This document shows positions 18,302 to 25,739 of a DNA stretch of 29,935 bases, piece after piece. The stretch is taken from positions 1 through 29,935 of IMG/VR virus record IMGVR_UViG_3300042564_000956; one strand, 5' to 3'. The notes beneath the pieces were generated by a model that did no database searches, was not told the origin of the DNA, and saw only the letters and a program-made list of their open reading frames with translations. Position 1 is the stretch's first letter. Each line of letters opens with the position of its first letter. Both the position numbers and the translations under genes were made by a program. The stretch is from a virus (taxonomy: Duplodnaviria > Caudoviricetes).

Positions 18302-19671
18302 TGTACGATATTATTTTTATCAGTCGAAATAATAAAAGTTCTGAATTGGATTTTAACAGACTAAAACAATCTTGGCCATTTGCAAAGACTGCTGAGTCGT
18401 TTAGAGACGCACAGAAAAAATCTACAACTAAGTTATTCTGGGCAATCTGGCCCGATGTAGTAGTGGACATAAATTTTAACTTTGATTATCGTCCTCCAGT
18501 ACACGAAGAAAAATATGTTCATATTTGGCCAAATAGTGCTGACCGCAATTTGCCATCTGTAGGATTGTTTCCTAAAGATAAAGAAGTGACTGATAAAGAA
18601 ATAGAAAATAGATTCTTTTCAGGTATGATAAAAATGAATACAATAGCAAGTCACACCAAGTATTATGACATTGTGTTTATTGCATATAACGAAGAATATG
18701 CAGATGAAAATTACGAAAAATTAATAAGGCATGCTGGTGTTCAGCATAACGATATTCATAGAGTTGACGGTGTCAAGGGAATTCATCAAGCACACATCGC
18801 CGCCGCCGAAGTAGCAACTACTAATATGTTTTGGGTAGTTGATGCCGATGCTATTATTAATCCTCAATTTAGATTTAATTCTATGTTGTCTGAAAAAGAA
18901 AATGATATTGTCCACGTGTGGCGTAGTCAAAACCCTGTAAATGGATTAGAATACGGTAATGGTGGAGTAAAATTATTGCCCCGTGAATTGACACTAAATC
19001 TCGATGTTAACAGTACTGACATGACTACTAGTATTTCCAGTAAATTTAAAATTATGCCCACTGTTTCAAATATTACTAAATTTAACACAAGCCCTTTTAA
19101 TACATGGCGTAGTGCATTTAGAGAATGCGTAAAATTAAGTAGCGGTGTGATTCGTGGTGATGAATTGGCAGAATCTCAAGTTAGATTGAACACCTGGCTT
19201 TATCAAGGTGGCAACTCTGAATTCGGAGAATATGCAAAAGGTGGTGCGAGTGCAGGACAGTGGTATGGAAAAACATACAAAGAGGATCCAGGAGCATTGT
19301 CTAAGATCAACGATTATGAATGGTTAGAAATACAATTTAATCAACATGTTGAAATGTTTCCTCCGGTTGAGACTTTTAAAGATTTAAAAGATCCTACTAC
19401 TACTAGTATTGATTCAATGTCGTACTGGATTAGTGGATTTCGAGAAAGTGCAGAGATATCAAAGTGCGATATAGTCGATGCTGATAAAATGCAAGAATTA
19501 TTGTATAAAGGCCACAATGAATATTCACGTGGTGGGGCAAGTGCAGGTAAATGGTTTGGAGAAACTTATAAGAATGATCCTGCCAACTATGCCAAGATTG
19601 AAGACGACTCGTGGCTAGAGGGTGAATTCTATTACCACATAGAAACTCACCCTCCGGAGACTTTTAAGTAA
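18301..19671 (+). CDS. GT2-like glycosyltransferase with duplicated N- and C-terminal subdomains, 456 aa
   Basis: Central domain DIVFIAYNE...GVKGIHQAH...FWVVDAD...YGNGGVK...WRSAFRE is paralogous to the previous gene, flanked by a degenerate N-terminal copy and a repeated C-terminal segment; TAATG coupling. Confidence 0.7.
   Translation: MYDIIFISRNNKSSELDFNRLKQSWPFAKTAESFRDAQKKSTTKLFWAIWPDVVVDINFNFDYRPPVHEEKYVHIWPNSADRNLPSVGLFPKDKEVTDKEIENRFFSGMIKMNTIASHTKYYDIVFIAYNEEYADENYEKLIRHAGVQHNDIHRVDGVKGIHQAHIAAAEVATTNMFWVVDADAIINPQFRFNSMLSEKENDIVHVWRSQNPVNGLEYGNGGVKLLPRELTLNLDVNSTDMTTSISSKFKIMPTVSNITKFNTSPFNTWRSAFRECVKLSSGVIRGDELAESQVRLNTWLYQGGNSEFGEYAKGGASAGQWYGKTYKEDPGALSKINDYEWLEIQFNQHVEMFPPVETFKDLKDPTTTSIDSMSYWISGFRESAEISKCDIVDADKMQELLYKGHNEYSRGGASAGKWFGETYKNDPANYAKIEDDSWLEGEFYYHIETHPPETFK
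19228..19668 (+). repeat. Intragenic duplication (~19228-19380 and ~19519-19668)
   Basis: EYAKGGASAGQWYGKTYKEDP..KINDYEWLE..F..HVEMFPPVETFK versus EYSRGGASAGKWFGETYKNDP..KIEDDSWLE..F..HIETHPPETFK. Confidence 0.9.
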
Positions 19672-20326
19672 GATCAGCAGCCATTGGAAATACAGTGGCA
19701 ATTGCCTTGGCACAGGCAATTGCCACTTCTTGGTGCTCTTTCTGAGTACCATTTGCACTGCGTAATTCAATAAAATGAATCCAACTACGTAGGGTACCAT
19801 TCATATATAAACGGCTTTCAATAAGCCCTTCGGGTAATACTGCACGGGCTTGTTCTTTGGCTATGCCATTAGCGATAGCCCATTCGTATTCACGTTTAGC
19901 GGCATAGATGACTCGTTGTTGAGCTCGATACCATTCATTTTGTAACAATGTATCATCCACTTCAACGCTGTTCTGTCTGTTTTTGGGGTCTTGAAGTCTA
20001 GCTTCTCTTGTGACAAAATTGAGATCTTTTGTTGGGTCAGCATAGCGTTGAGAGAACTCTTGGAAACTGAAACTTCTGTGTCGGAGTATTTGTCGGGCAA
20101 TGTCTCTGGTTGTGGTAATTTCGATACAGGCACTGACCATTTCAAGTGGGCTCCAGTGTTGGTGTTTGACCAAGTATCGGATAAGTTTTTCGGATGTGTC
20201 TGTGTTGAGTTGATTGCTTGGATTGCTGACACGGGCGCAATACGCAATGAGTTCCTGTGCATCTGAGATACCAAGATTTTTAAATTCTGGTGTTGGCTGT
20301 GAATAGGATAATAACTGAACATTCAT
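19664..20326 (-). CDS. thyX: Flavin-dependent thymidylate synthase
   Basis: ThyX motif RHRSFSFQEFSQRY (RHRx7S), HWSPLE, EQARAVLP and GTLRSWIHFIELR. Confidence 0.95.
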   Translation of the reverse strand: MNVQLLSYSQPTPEFKNLGISDAQELIAYCARVSNPSNQLNTDTSEKLIRYLVKHQHWSPLEMVSACIEITTTRDIARQILRHRSFSFQEFSQRYADPTKDLNFVTREARLQDPKNRQNSVEVDDTLLQNEWYRAQQRVIYAAKREYEWAIANGIAKEQARAVLPEGLIESRLYMNGTLRSWIHFIELRSANGTQKEHQEVAIACAKAIATVFPMAADLT

Positions 20327-20329
20327 TAT

Positions 20330-20650
20330 TTATAGCTTCTTTTTCTTTAAGAATTTATCGGTAGATTTTTTAATGTCTTTTTTAACTTTTTCGGTATCTA
20401 ATTTGAAATCAACATTGTCAATTTTATCTTCGTAGCTCTTTACTAGTTCAGATAACGATTTTTCAAAAGATTCCCAACCAGCTTTTCTAGTTTGCGGAGT
20501 CACACGGATTTCCCAAGTTTTCCCATCTTTAAAATTGACTAGTACTGCATTCAAATAACTTATTGGCAGTACATTAAGTTTTATATCACCAAATACCTCG
20601 GGCCAATGATCGATGACATCCTTGGGAAGAATTCTTCCCTGAGACGTCAT
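20330..20650 (-). CDS. Hypothetical phage protein, 106 aa
   Basis: ATGA overlap with the upstream gene; tiles the - strand; Lys-rich C-terminus. Confidence 0.7.
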   Translation of the reverse strand: MTSQGRILPKDVIDHWPEVFGDIKLNVLPISYLNAVLVNFKDGKTWEIRVTPQTRKAGWESFEKSLSELVKSYEDKIDNVDFKLDTEKVKKDIKKSTDKFLKKKKL

Positions 20651-21234
20651 TTTTTTGTTGTGGGTACTAGCTCTTCAGCCATGCGTCTAAATGATGCCGC
20701 TTCCTTGGACAATTTATCAGCCCTGGAACGATACTCTTTAGCCTGTGCATCTGGTGTCAATGCAATTGTAGCAGTGACTGGAGTTGTAACAGCTTCTGCA
20801 ACTACTGGCTCACCGAGATCTCGTGTACGTTTACCTTCTGCTAAACTTGGTTGTACAGAAAGTTCATCGACTGGAATTCCACGTTGTTCTGCAATTATTT
20901 GATTTAACTCAGATAACGGAATACTATATGATAGTGTCGGAGTCATTTCGATAGCATCGGTTGCTACTTTGATTAACCGTCCACTTCCGTGCAGTGCAGG
21001 CAGCATGCGACTTCCATCTGGAAATTGAGTACGATCCAACGCTTCTGCAAATTCGTACGCATCTTGGCCCGCATGGCTTTCAACCAAATTGATCAATGCA
21101 TCGTGATATGCATCTGGTAAATTTTCTGTTGGTACAATTAGACAATAGTAAGCATCACCTGGTAGTGTACGATATGCCACTAAACATTTTTTATTAGTAG
21201 CTTTGACCCTACCAATGTGCTTTAATTCACTCAT
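20647..21234 (-). CDS. Hypothetical phage protein, 195 aa
   Basis: AAGGAG RBS, TAATG overlap and a C-terminal coiled-coil-like segment. Confidence 0.75.
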   Translation of the reverse strand: MSELKHIGRVKATNKKCLVAYRTLPGDAYYCLIVPTENLPDAYHDALINLVESHAGQDAYEFAEALDRTQFPDGSRMLPALHGSGRLIKVATDAIEMTPTLSYSIPLSELNQIIAEQRGIPVDELSVQPSLAEGKRTRDLGEPVVAEAVTTPVTATIALTPDAQAKEYRSRADKLSKEAASFRRMAEELVPTTKK

Positions 21235-21461
21235 TATTTCTTTGCTCCTTCAGCTTGCTTGGCAACTTGGTCCAAGAATGCAGTTAACTTAGTATAAGTT
21301 TGTCCAACTGCTGTCATTTCGTTAGGTTTAAAAGCACCCCGCGAACTGGCAATATCAATGATAACTTTCATTGCATTTAGGTCGTTGATATTCAATTCGT
21401 TCGCCGGCTCTTGGGTTGCAGTTTCTTGAGCTTGCGTGTTTTCTTGTACAGTATCAGTCAT
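21234..21461 (-). CDS. Small hypothetical phage protein, 75 aa
   Basis: Strong TAAGGAG RBS; helical IIDIASSRGAFK motif; GATAAATTA late-like motif upstream at 21488-21496. Confidence 0.75.
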   Translation of the reverse strand: MTDTVQENTQAQETATQEPANELNINDLNAMKVIIDIASSRGAFKPNEMTAVGQTYTKLTAFLDQVAKQAEGAKK

Positions 21462-21491
21462 AATATCTCCTTAAGTAAGTACGTATATAAT

Positions 21492-21779
21492 TTATCTCGT
21501 CTGCAAATGCGGACAGGCAATTGTGAAGAAACTGAGTTCCTTTTCACTTTCAAAGCCTATTTTAGTGTTGTGTGCAATGGTATTTGTACGATCCACAGTA
21601 ATACCTTGCCCTATATAATACCTATTATTGAGATTCTTTTTAATCCAATCGTCAATATTTTTATACAGTGTGGGATTGTATCTATCTAAATGTGTGTATT
21701 TGAAATGCGGACAGGCAAACTCAACCCTCCGCAAATCGAAATAATTCAGAGGATTGGGCTTGCCGTTCTTTAGACTCAT
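21492..21779 (-). CDS. Hypothetical phage protein, 95 aa
   Basis: Start reassigned to ATG 21779, which forms an ATGA overlap with the stop of the VWA gene. Confidence 0.7.
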   Translation of the reverse strand: MSLKNGKPNPLNYFDLRRVEFACPHFKYTHLDRYNPTLYKNIDDWIKKNLNNRYYIGQGITVDRTNTIAHNTKIGFESEKELSFFTIACPHLQTR

Positions 21780-22963
21780 GCTTCTTCTGTGGCCATGTCG
21801 TAGTAGGCAAACTCGCCCCACGGTGGAACAATACTGTTATTTCCGTGGATGATGAACACTGTATCACAGTAGTTCTCGTCGCCCCAGCTGCCATACGGAT
21901 AACCGTCTGTAAACATAATAAACTTTTTAGGATTGATATTATGTTCCTTCATGTAATCCCAGTTGGCATCAAATTCAGTTCCACCACCACCCATAACTTC
22001 ATAAGTGTCAAACTCATCCATAGAGTATCCATCGAAATCTTGTTCGTTGTATACTCGAGTATCAAAGCACCAAACTTTAATTTTAAAGTCTTTGTACTCT
22101 TGCATAATGCCTTTAATTTCTGTTAAGAAATCTTTTGCTTGGTCGTCACCGATTGAACCACTCATGTCAATTGCTACACAAATGTCAATAGTTTCTTCGT
22201 ATGCAGAACCAGGCAGTATTGCACTCATGTGCCAGCCCTTACGATTAGGACGCATAAAGCTGTAATCGTATTTGATAGTACTTTGAATTTGCTGACGCAA
22301 AATTTCACGCCAGTTCATTTTAGGTTCTGTGAGATCTTTAATCATGCGTTGAACACTTGCAGGTACATTTCCCGCACCCGCTGCCTGTGCCGCTTGCATT
22401 GTTGCTTCGCGGATCTCGTCACGAATTTGTTTCAACTCTTCTTTGCTGTACTTAGGCTGACCATCTTTGCCGTCCTTGTCACCCCAGTCAATGTGGTCGT
22501 CGAGTAATTGTCCCAACTGATTAAGTTCTTCCTCGTCCATCTCATCAAAGATTTTGTCGTAAACTTCTTCTGCACCCATACCGTAGTATTTAGGATCATG
22601 GAAGATTTTAATACCTTCGATATTATGTTCGCCAATGCGGTCCCGTACCAATTGACCATTTACACAATAGTCAGCGGCAATGTTAAAGATGCGTGGATTA
22701 CGACCTTCGCGACGTCCCATGTGGTCAAACACATTATGTAGAATTTCGTGTGCAATAACAAACTCAACTTGCTTAACTGACAGCGGAGTAAAAAATTCTC
22801 GATTAAAAAAGATAGTGCGTCCGTCCGTTGCGGCAGTACCCATCCATTCTGTACCTTCTTGAATTTTCAAACGGGTAGCCATGTTGCCGAAAAACGGATG
22901 ACGAAGTAATAGACCCACACGGGCTATAATAATTTTATCAATAATTGGATCTACGTGTGACAT
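21776..22963 (-). CDS. Zincin-like metallopeptidase plus VWA-like domain protein (DUF2201-type)
   Basis: TAATDG and HEILH (HExxH) in the N-terminal half; MIDAS DMSGS, GGGGTEF and FTDG in the C-terminal half. Start at ATG 22963 after an AGGAG RBS. Confidence 0.88.
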   Translation of the reverse strand: MSHVDPIIDKIIIARVGLLLRHPFFGNMATRLKIQEGTEWMGTAATDGRTIFFNREFFTPLSVKQVEFVIAHEILHNVFDHMGRREGRNPRIFNIAADYCVNGQLVRDRIGEHNIEGIKIFHDPKYYGMGAEEVYDKIFDEMDEEELNQLGQLLDDHIDWGDKDGKDGQPKYSKEELKQIRDEIREATMQAAQAAGAGNVPASVQRMIKDLTEPKMNWREILRQQIQSTIKYDYSFMRPNRKGWHMSAILPGSAYEETIDICVAIDMSGSIGDDQAKDFLTEIKGIMQEYKDFKIKVWCFDTRVYNEQDFDGYSMDEFDTYEVMGGGGTEFDANWDYMKEHNINPKKFIMFTDGYPYGSWGDENYCDTVFIIHGNNSIVPPWGEFAYYDMATEEA

Positions 22964-22992
22964 ATTTGCTCCTGAATGTTTACTATGTATAT

Positions 22993-23021
22993 AGTATAAC
23001 ACCTCCCGAAGGAGGTGTCAA
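22993..23021 (-). promoter_or_regulatory. Sigma70-type early promoter TTGACA-N17-TATACT with extended -10 (TGn)
   Basis: The minus strand reads TTGACA CCTCCTTCGGGAGGTGT TATACT, about 30 nt upstream of ATG 22963. Confidence 0.85.
22999..23018 (-). terminator. Perfect 8-bp hairpin with C(UUCG)G loop (terminator or processing site) overlapping the promoter
   Basis: ACACCTCC-TTCG-GGAGGTGT, 19 nt after the AAA ATPase stop. The U-tract is weak, so termination is uncertain. Confidence 0.5.
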
Positions 23022-23037
23022 ATAGTGCTAAACTGAA

Positions 23038-24129
23038 TTAATTCTTGTCAGTTGCGGCCGCAATGTACTTGCCAAATTTGGCATGGAACTTGTCAAAGCA
23101 TTCGATTTCATCTGGATCCAATGGCAATTTGTAAGTACTCAACGCCAATTTAGTTCCCATTATAACCAATTCTGTTTCAAAGTTATCCATAATAAACTGG
23201 AAGAAGTTATTAACTTGTTCATTCCAGTTTTTAGCTTTCTTGTCGCATGAATCTTTCAATTCGTAGCACAGGGACACAGTCAAAGAGTACATGGCCGAAA
23301 TTTCTTTTGACTCCATCTTCTTAACTTTACCATTCAAAATGTCTGTAGGGTTAGGCATTTTGCTAGAGTGTTTACGGTGTGCCATAAACTTAATAGCAAG
23401 ACCTTCACCAACTGAGCCCGACACCAAATCAGTCAATGTTTCGTTATCGCAGTCATCGTCATGCAACAGTTCGGATACAAAAGACCAAGAGCGTGGAGTA
23501 GCAAAAGCACGTGAGCTAGACTTTGGATCAAAGTCGTACAAGTCCTTTTTACTGAAGCTCAGGAAACCAACCACGTCCTTGTGAACCTTGTTTTCAGCGG
23601 CCCACTCAAAGTAGTCGTCCCACTCAACAGTCATTTCCAGGTGAACAAAGCGGTTAGCCAACGGAGCAGGCATACGGAATGTCACACCCTTGTCAGTTTC
23701 ACGATTACCAGCCGCTACCATAACAACATTGTCTGGCAGTTTATAAGTACCAACACGGCGATTCAAAATTAACTGATAAGCCGCGGCCTGTACACTAGGA
23801 GCCGCACTGTTCATTTCGTCCAAGAACAGCACAATCTTCTTGTGCTTTTTGGCAAACTCTTCGTCGGGCAATTCGCTGGGAGGTGCCCAAACCATTTTAT
23901 TAACATTGCTATCAAAGTAAGGAATACCTTTAATGTCAGTAGGTTCCCACAGGCTCAAACGCACGTCAATAACGTGAGCGTCAAGTTCTTCGCCCAACTG
24001 TTTAATAATGTCGGACTTGCCAATTCCTGGAGGTCCCCAGATAAAGATTGGACGCTGATTTTTAAAAGCCTTACGCAAAGACTTTTTGGCATTTTTTGGG
24101 CCGACTGTGCGGCTAAGGATCTCGCTCAT
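23038..24129 (-). CDS. MoxR-like AAA+ ATPase, 363 aa
   Basis: Walker A GPPGIGKS, Walker B VLFLDE, sensor AAGN, PLANRF arginine finger and TPRSW; adjacent to a VWA protein. Confidence 0.92.
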   Translation of the reverse strand: MSEILSRTVGPKNAKKSLRKAFKNQRPIFIWGPPGIGKSDIIKQLGEELDAHVIDVRLSLWEPTDIKGIPYFDSNVNKMVWAPPSELPDEEFAKKHKKIVLFLDEMNSAAPSVQAAAYQLILNRRVGTYKLPDNVVMVAAGNRETDKGVTFRMPAPLANRFVHLEMTVEWDDYFEWAAENKVHKDVVGFLSFSKKDLYDFDPKSSSRAFATPRSWSFVSELLHDDDCDNETLTDLVSGSVGEGLAIKFMAHRKHSSKMPNPTDILNGKVKKMESKEISAMYSLTVSLCYELKDSCDKKAKNWNEQVNNFFQFIMDNFETELVIMGTKLALSTYKLPLDPDEIECFDKFHAKFGKYIAAATDKN

Positions 24130-24184
24130 ATATTTCCTATCTTAGTTAAAAAAATGTTGTTGAACTAACGCTGTTTATGTATGT

Positions 24185-24213
24185 ATTATACAGCGGAATA
24201 GGAGAAGAGTCAA
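24185..24213 (-). promoter_or_regulatory. Sigma70-type early promoter TTGACT-N17-TATAAT
   Basis: Near-consensus hexamers at 17-nt spacing, 55 nt upstream of ATG 24129, in a 112-nt intergenic gap. Confidence 0.85.
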
Positions 24214-24241
24214 GTGCTTTTTAAGAAGTTTTTGCCAAAAT

Positions 24242-24631
24242 TTACAATTCTTTTTGGCGTTCGGTCATGGCCTTAACCAAACCAAATTTACGGATGTCGT
24301 CCGAAAACAACATCAATTCAAACCCTTTTCTTTCGGCAAAAACGGTAATACTTTGGTTAGTAAGGTAATATGGACAATCCACATACCTCTCCAAAAAGAT
24401 AATTGTTTGCGGACTAAGTTCGATTGGTTCGGTAAATGGAATTTCGTATTCTTTAAGTTCCAATTCCTTAACCAAAAACTCATAACCGTCGTCACTTAGA
24501 CGGAATGCATTTGGTTTATTAACACGATTAGATTGCCACCATTTATGGCTGTACAAGTTTATATTAGCATCATCTGTACTCTTACCCCATTGTTGTAAAA
24601 ATATCTTAGTCAATGCAGTTCTTGTTATCAT
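24242..24631 (-). CDS. Hypothetical phage protein, 129 aa
   Basis: ATGA overlap; FRLSDDGYEFL resembles a winged-helix wing (weak). Confidence 0.7.
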   Translation of the reverse strand: MITRTALTKIFLQQWGKSTDDANINLYSHKWWQSNRVNKPNAFRLSDDGYEFLVKELELKEYEIPFTEPIELSPQTIIFLERYVDCPYYLTNQSITVFAERKGFELMLFSDDIRKFGLVKAMTERQKEL

Positions 24632-24912
24632 TTAACGACTGTGCCACTTGTTAGCTTAACAACTTGAAAGTCGGTTGTGCCAAATGTTAAATTCAATTTT
24701 TTAGCAAGATTTCTAGCATGTCCAGGGTTGCTAAATGATACTTTTTTATACTTAGGGCCAGGATAGGAGGTAAGACTGTTAAACGATTTTAAATTAAACG
24801 GCTCGTTCTTATAGAACACAGCCCAAATGGCTTCTGCCTCTAAAACCTGCTCGGCTTTATAGGTCTTCTTGTTAGTGTACTCTAAAAGTACTTTGGGTTT
24901 TGGTCTCGACAT
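24628..24912 (-). CDS. Basic hypothetical phage protein, 94 aa
   Basis: Starts MSRPKP; AGGA RBS inside a hairpin; tiles the strand. Confidence 0.75.
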   Translation of the reverse strand: MSRPKPKVLLEYTNKKTYKAEQVLEAEAIWAVFYKNEPFNLKSFNSLTSYPGPKYKKVSFSNPGHARNLAKKLNLTFGTTDFQVVKLTSGTVVK

Positions 24913-24913
24913 A

Positions 24914-24949
24914 ATATGCGTATCCTGATAATATACGCATATATTTATC
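24914..24949 (-). promoter_or_regulatory. Late promoter-like GATAAATA followed by a 10-bp RBS-occluding hairpin
   Basis: The minus strand reads GGATAAAT-ATATGCGTAT-ATTATCAGG-ATACGCATAT-TATG; perfect inverted repeat at 24914-24923 and 24933-24942. Confidence 0.7.
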
Positions 24950-24950
24950 C

Positions 24951-25199
24951 TTATTTTGACTCACCAAACCCGCCGCCATCCATTTGTACATTTATAACTT
25001 CTGTAGCAGAATTGCTTTTAACCGCGTTATAAACAGTTTCTAAGTCACGATTTAACTTGTCTAACATTTCGGTCAGTGTTAGACTTAGCAATCGTGCTTG
25101 CTGGATAGACAACTTGACTTCTTTTTGCTGACCCAACTCAGCCGCTCTCATTGCCTGGATAAACTGTGCAACAGGGCTGGTATTAATCGGATTTTGCAT
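24951..25199 (-). CDS. Hypothetical phage protein, 82 aa
   Basis: Tiles the - strand, overlaps the upstream gene, ends in MDGGGF. Confidence 0.7.
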   Translation of the reverse strand: MQNPINTSPVAQFIQAMRAAELGQQKEVKLSIQQARLLSLTLTEMLDKLNRDLETVYNAVKSNSATEVINVQMDGGGFGESK

Positions 25200-25665
25200 T
25201 GGTAAGAATTGCCTTCATTTCGAATTTATCTTTAAACGGACCCTTGTAAGGATACCGTTCGATTGTAATTGCTTTTGGGCAAAAACTCTTGACCCAGCCT
25301 TTGTTAAACTTAATAACATAATAGCCCGCACAATACAGACTCTTGCTTTGTTCGCTTTTGGTAAACAAGGGCAATTTACGTCTAACATCATACATGCTGT
25401 TGAATGGCGAACACAGTGTTGGATATCCGTGACACTCGTGTGTTTCTTCCACAGCAGTTACTTTGACTTTTGTATTTTTTAAAAAGAAATTACTGCCAAA
25501 TTGCTTGGTCAAATCTTCTTTCTTGTTAAACATAACTTCGCCATTAGTGCTACTGAGAATAAATTTATTGTTTTCTTTCTTGTGTAGTGTAGCAATTTTA
25601 GTACCGTCTTGCTCTACAATCCAAAACTTGCCGTCAACAATAGGTTTTGCGTATATATCTGTCAT
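25183..25665 (-). CDS. Hypothetical phage protein (160 aa; alternative start 25737)
   Basis: A GAGGA RBS precedes ATG 25665 (MTDIYAKP); the in-frame ATG at 25737 abuts the previous stop. Confidence 0.7.
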   Translation of the reverse strand: MTDIYAKPIVDGKFWIVEQDGTKIATLHKKENNKFILSSTNGEVMFNKKEDLTKQFGSNFFLKNTKVKVTAVEETHECHGYPTLCSPFNSMYDVRRKLPLFTKSEQSKSLYCAGYYVIKFNKGWVKSFCPKAITIERYPYKGPFKDKFEMKAILTNAKSD

Positions 25666-25739
25666 TGTTCTTTCCTCACAATTATCTGTCTTATTGGGAC
25701 ATGTTTCTTTATAAACACATTCTTCTGTAATATACATTT

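Noticed and set aside
19228-19668. DGR template/variable repeat pair or assembly duplication
   Set aside because: The copies differ at all base types, include an indel, and preserve protein motifs, which fits an older coding duplication.
20327-20334. Perfect T4 late consensus TATAAATA upstream of thyX
   Set aside because: It abuts the ATG directly, so transcription would begin inside the coding sequence; it is explained by the upstream CTA-TAA stop plus an AT spacer.
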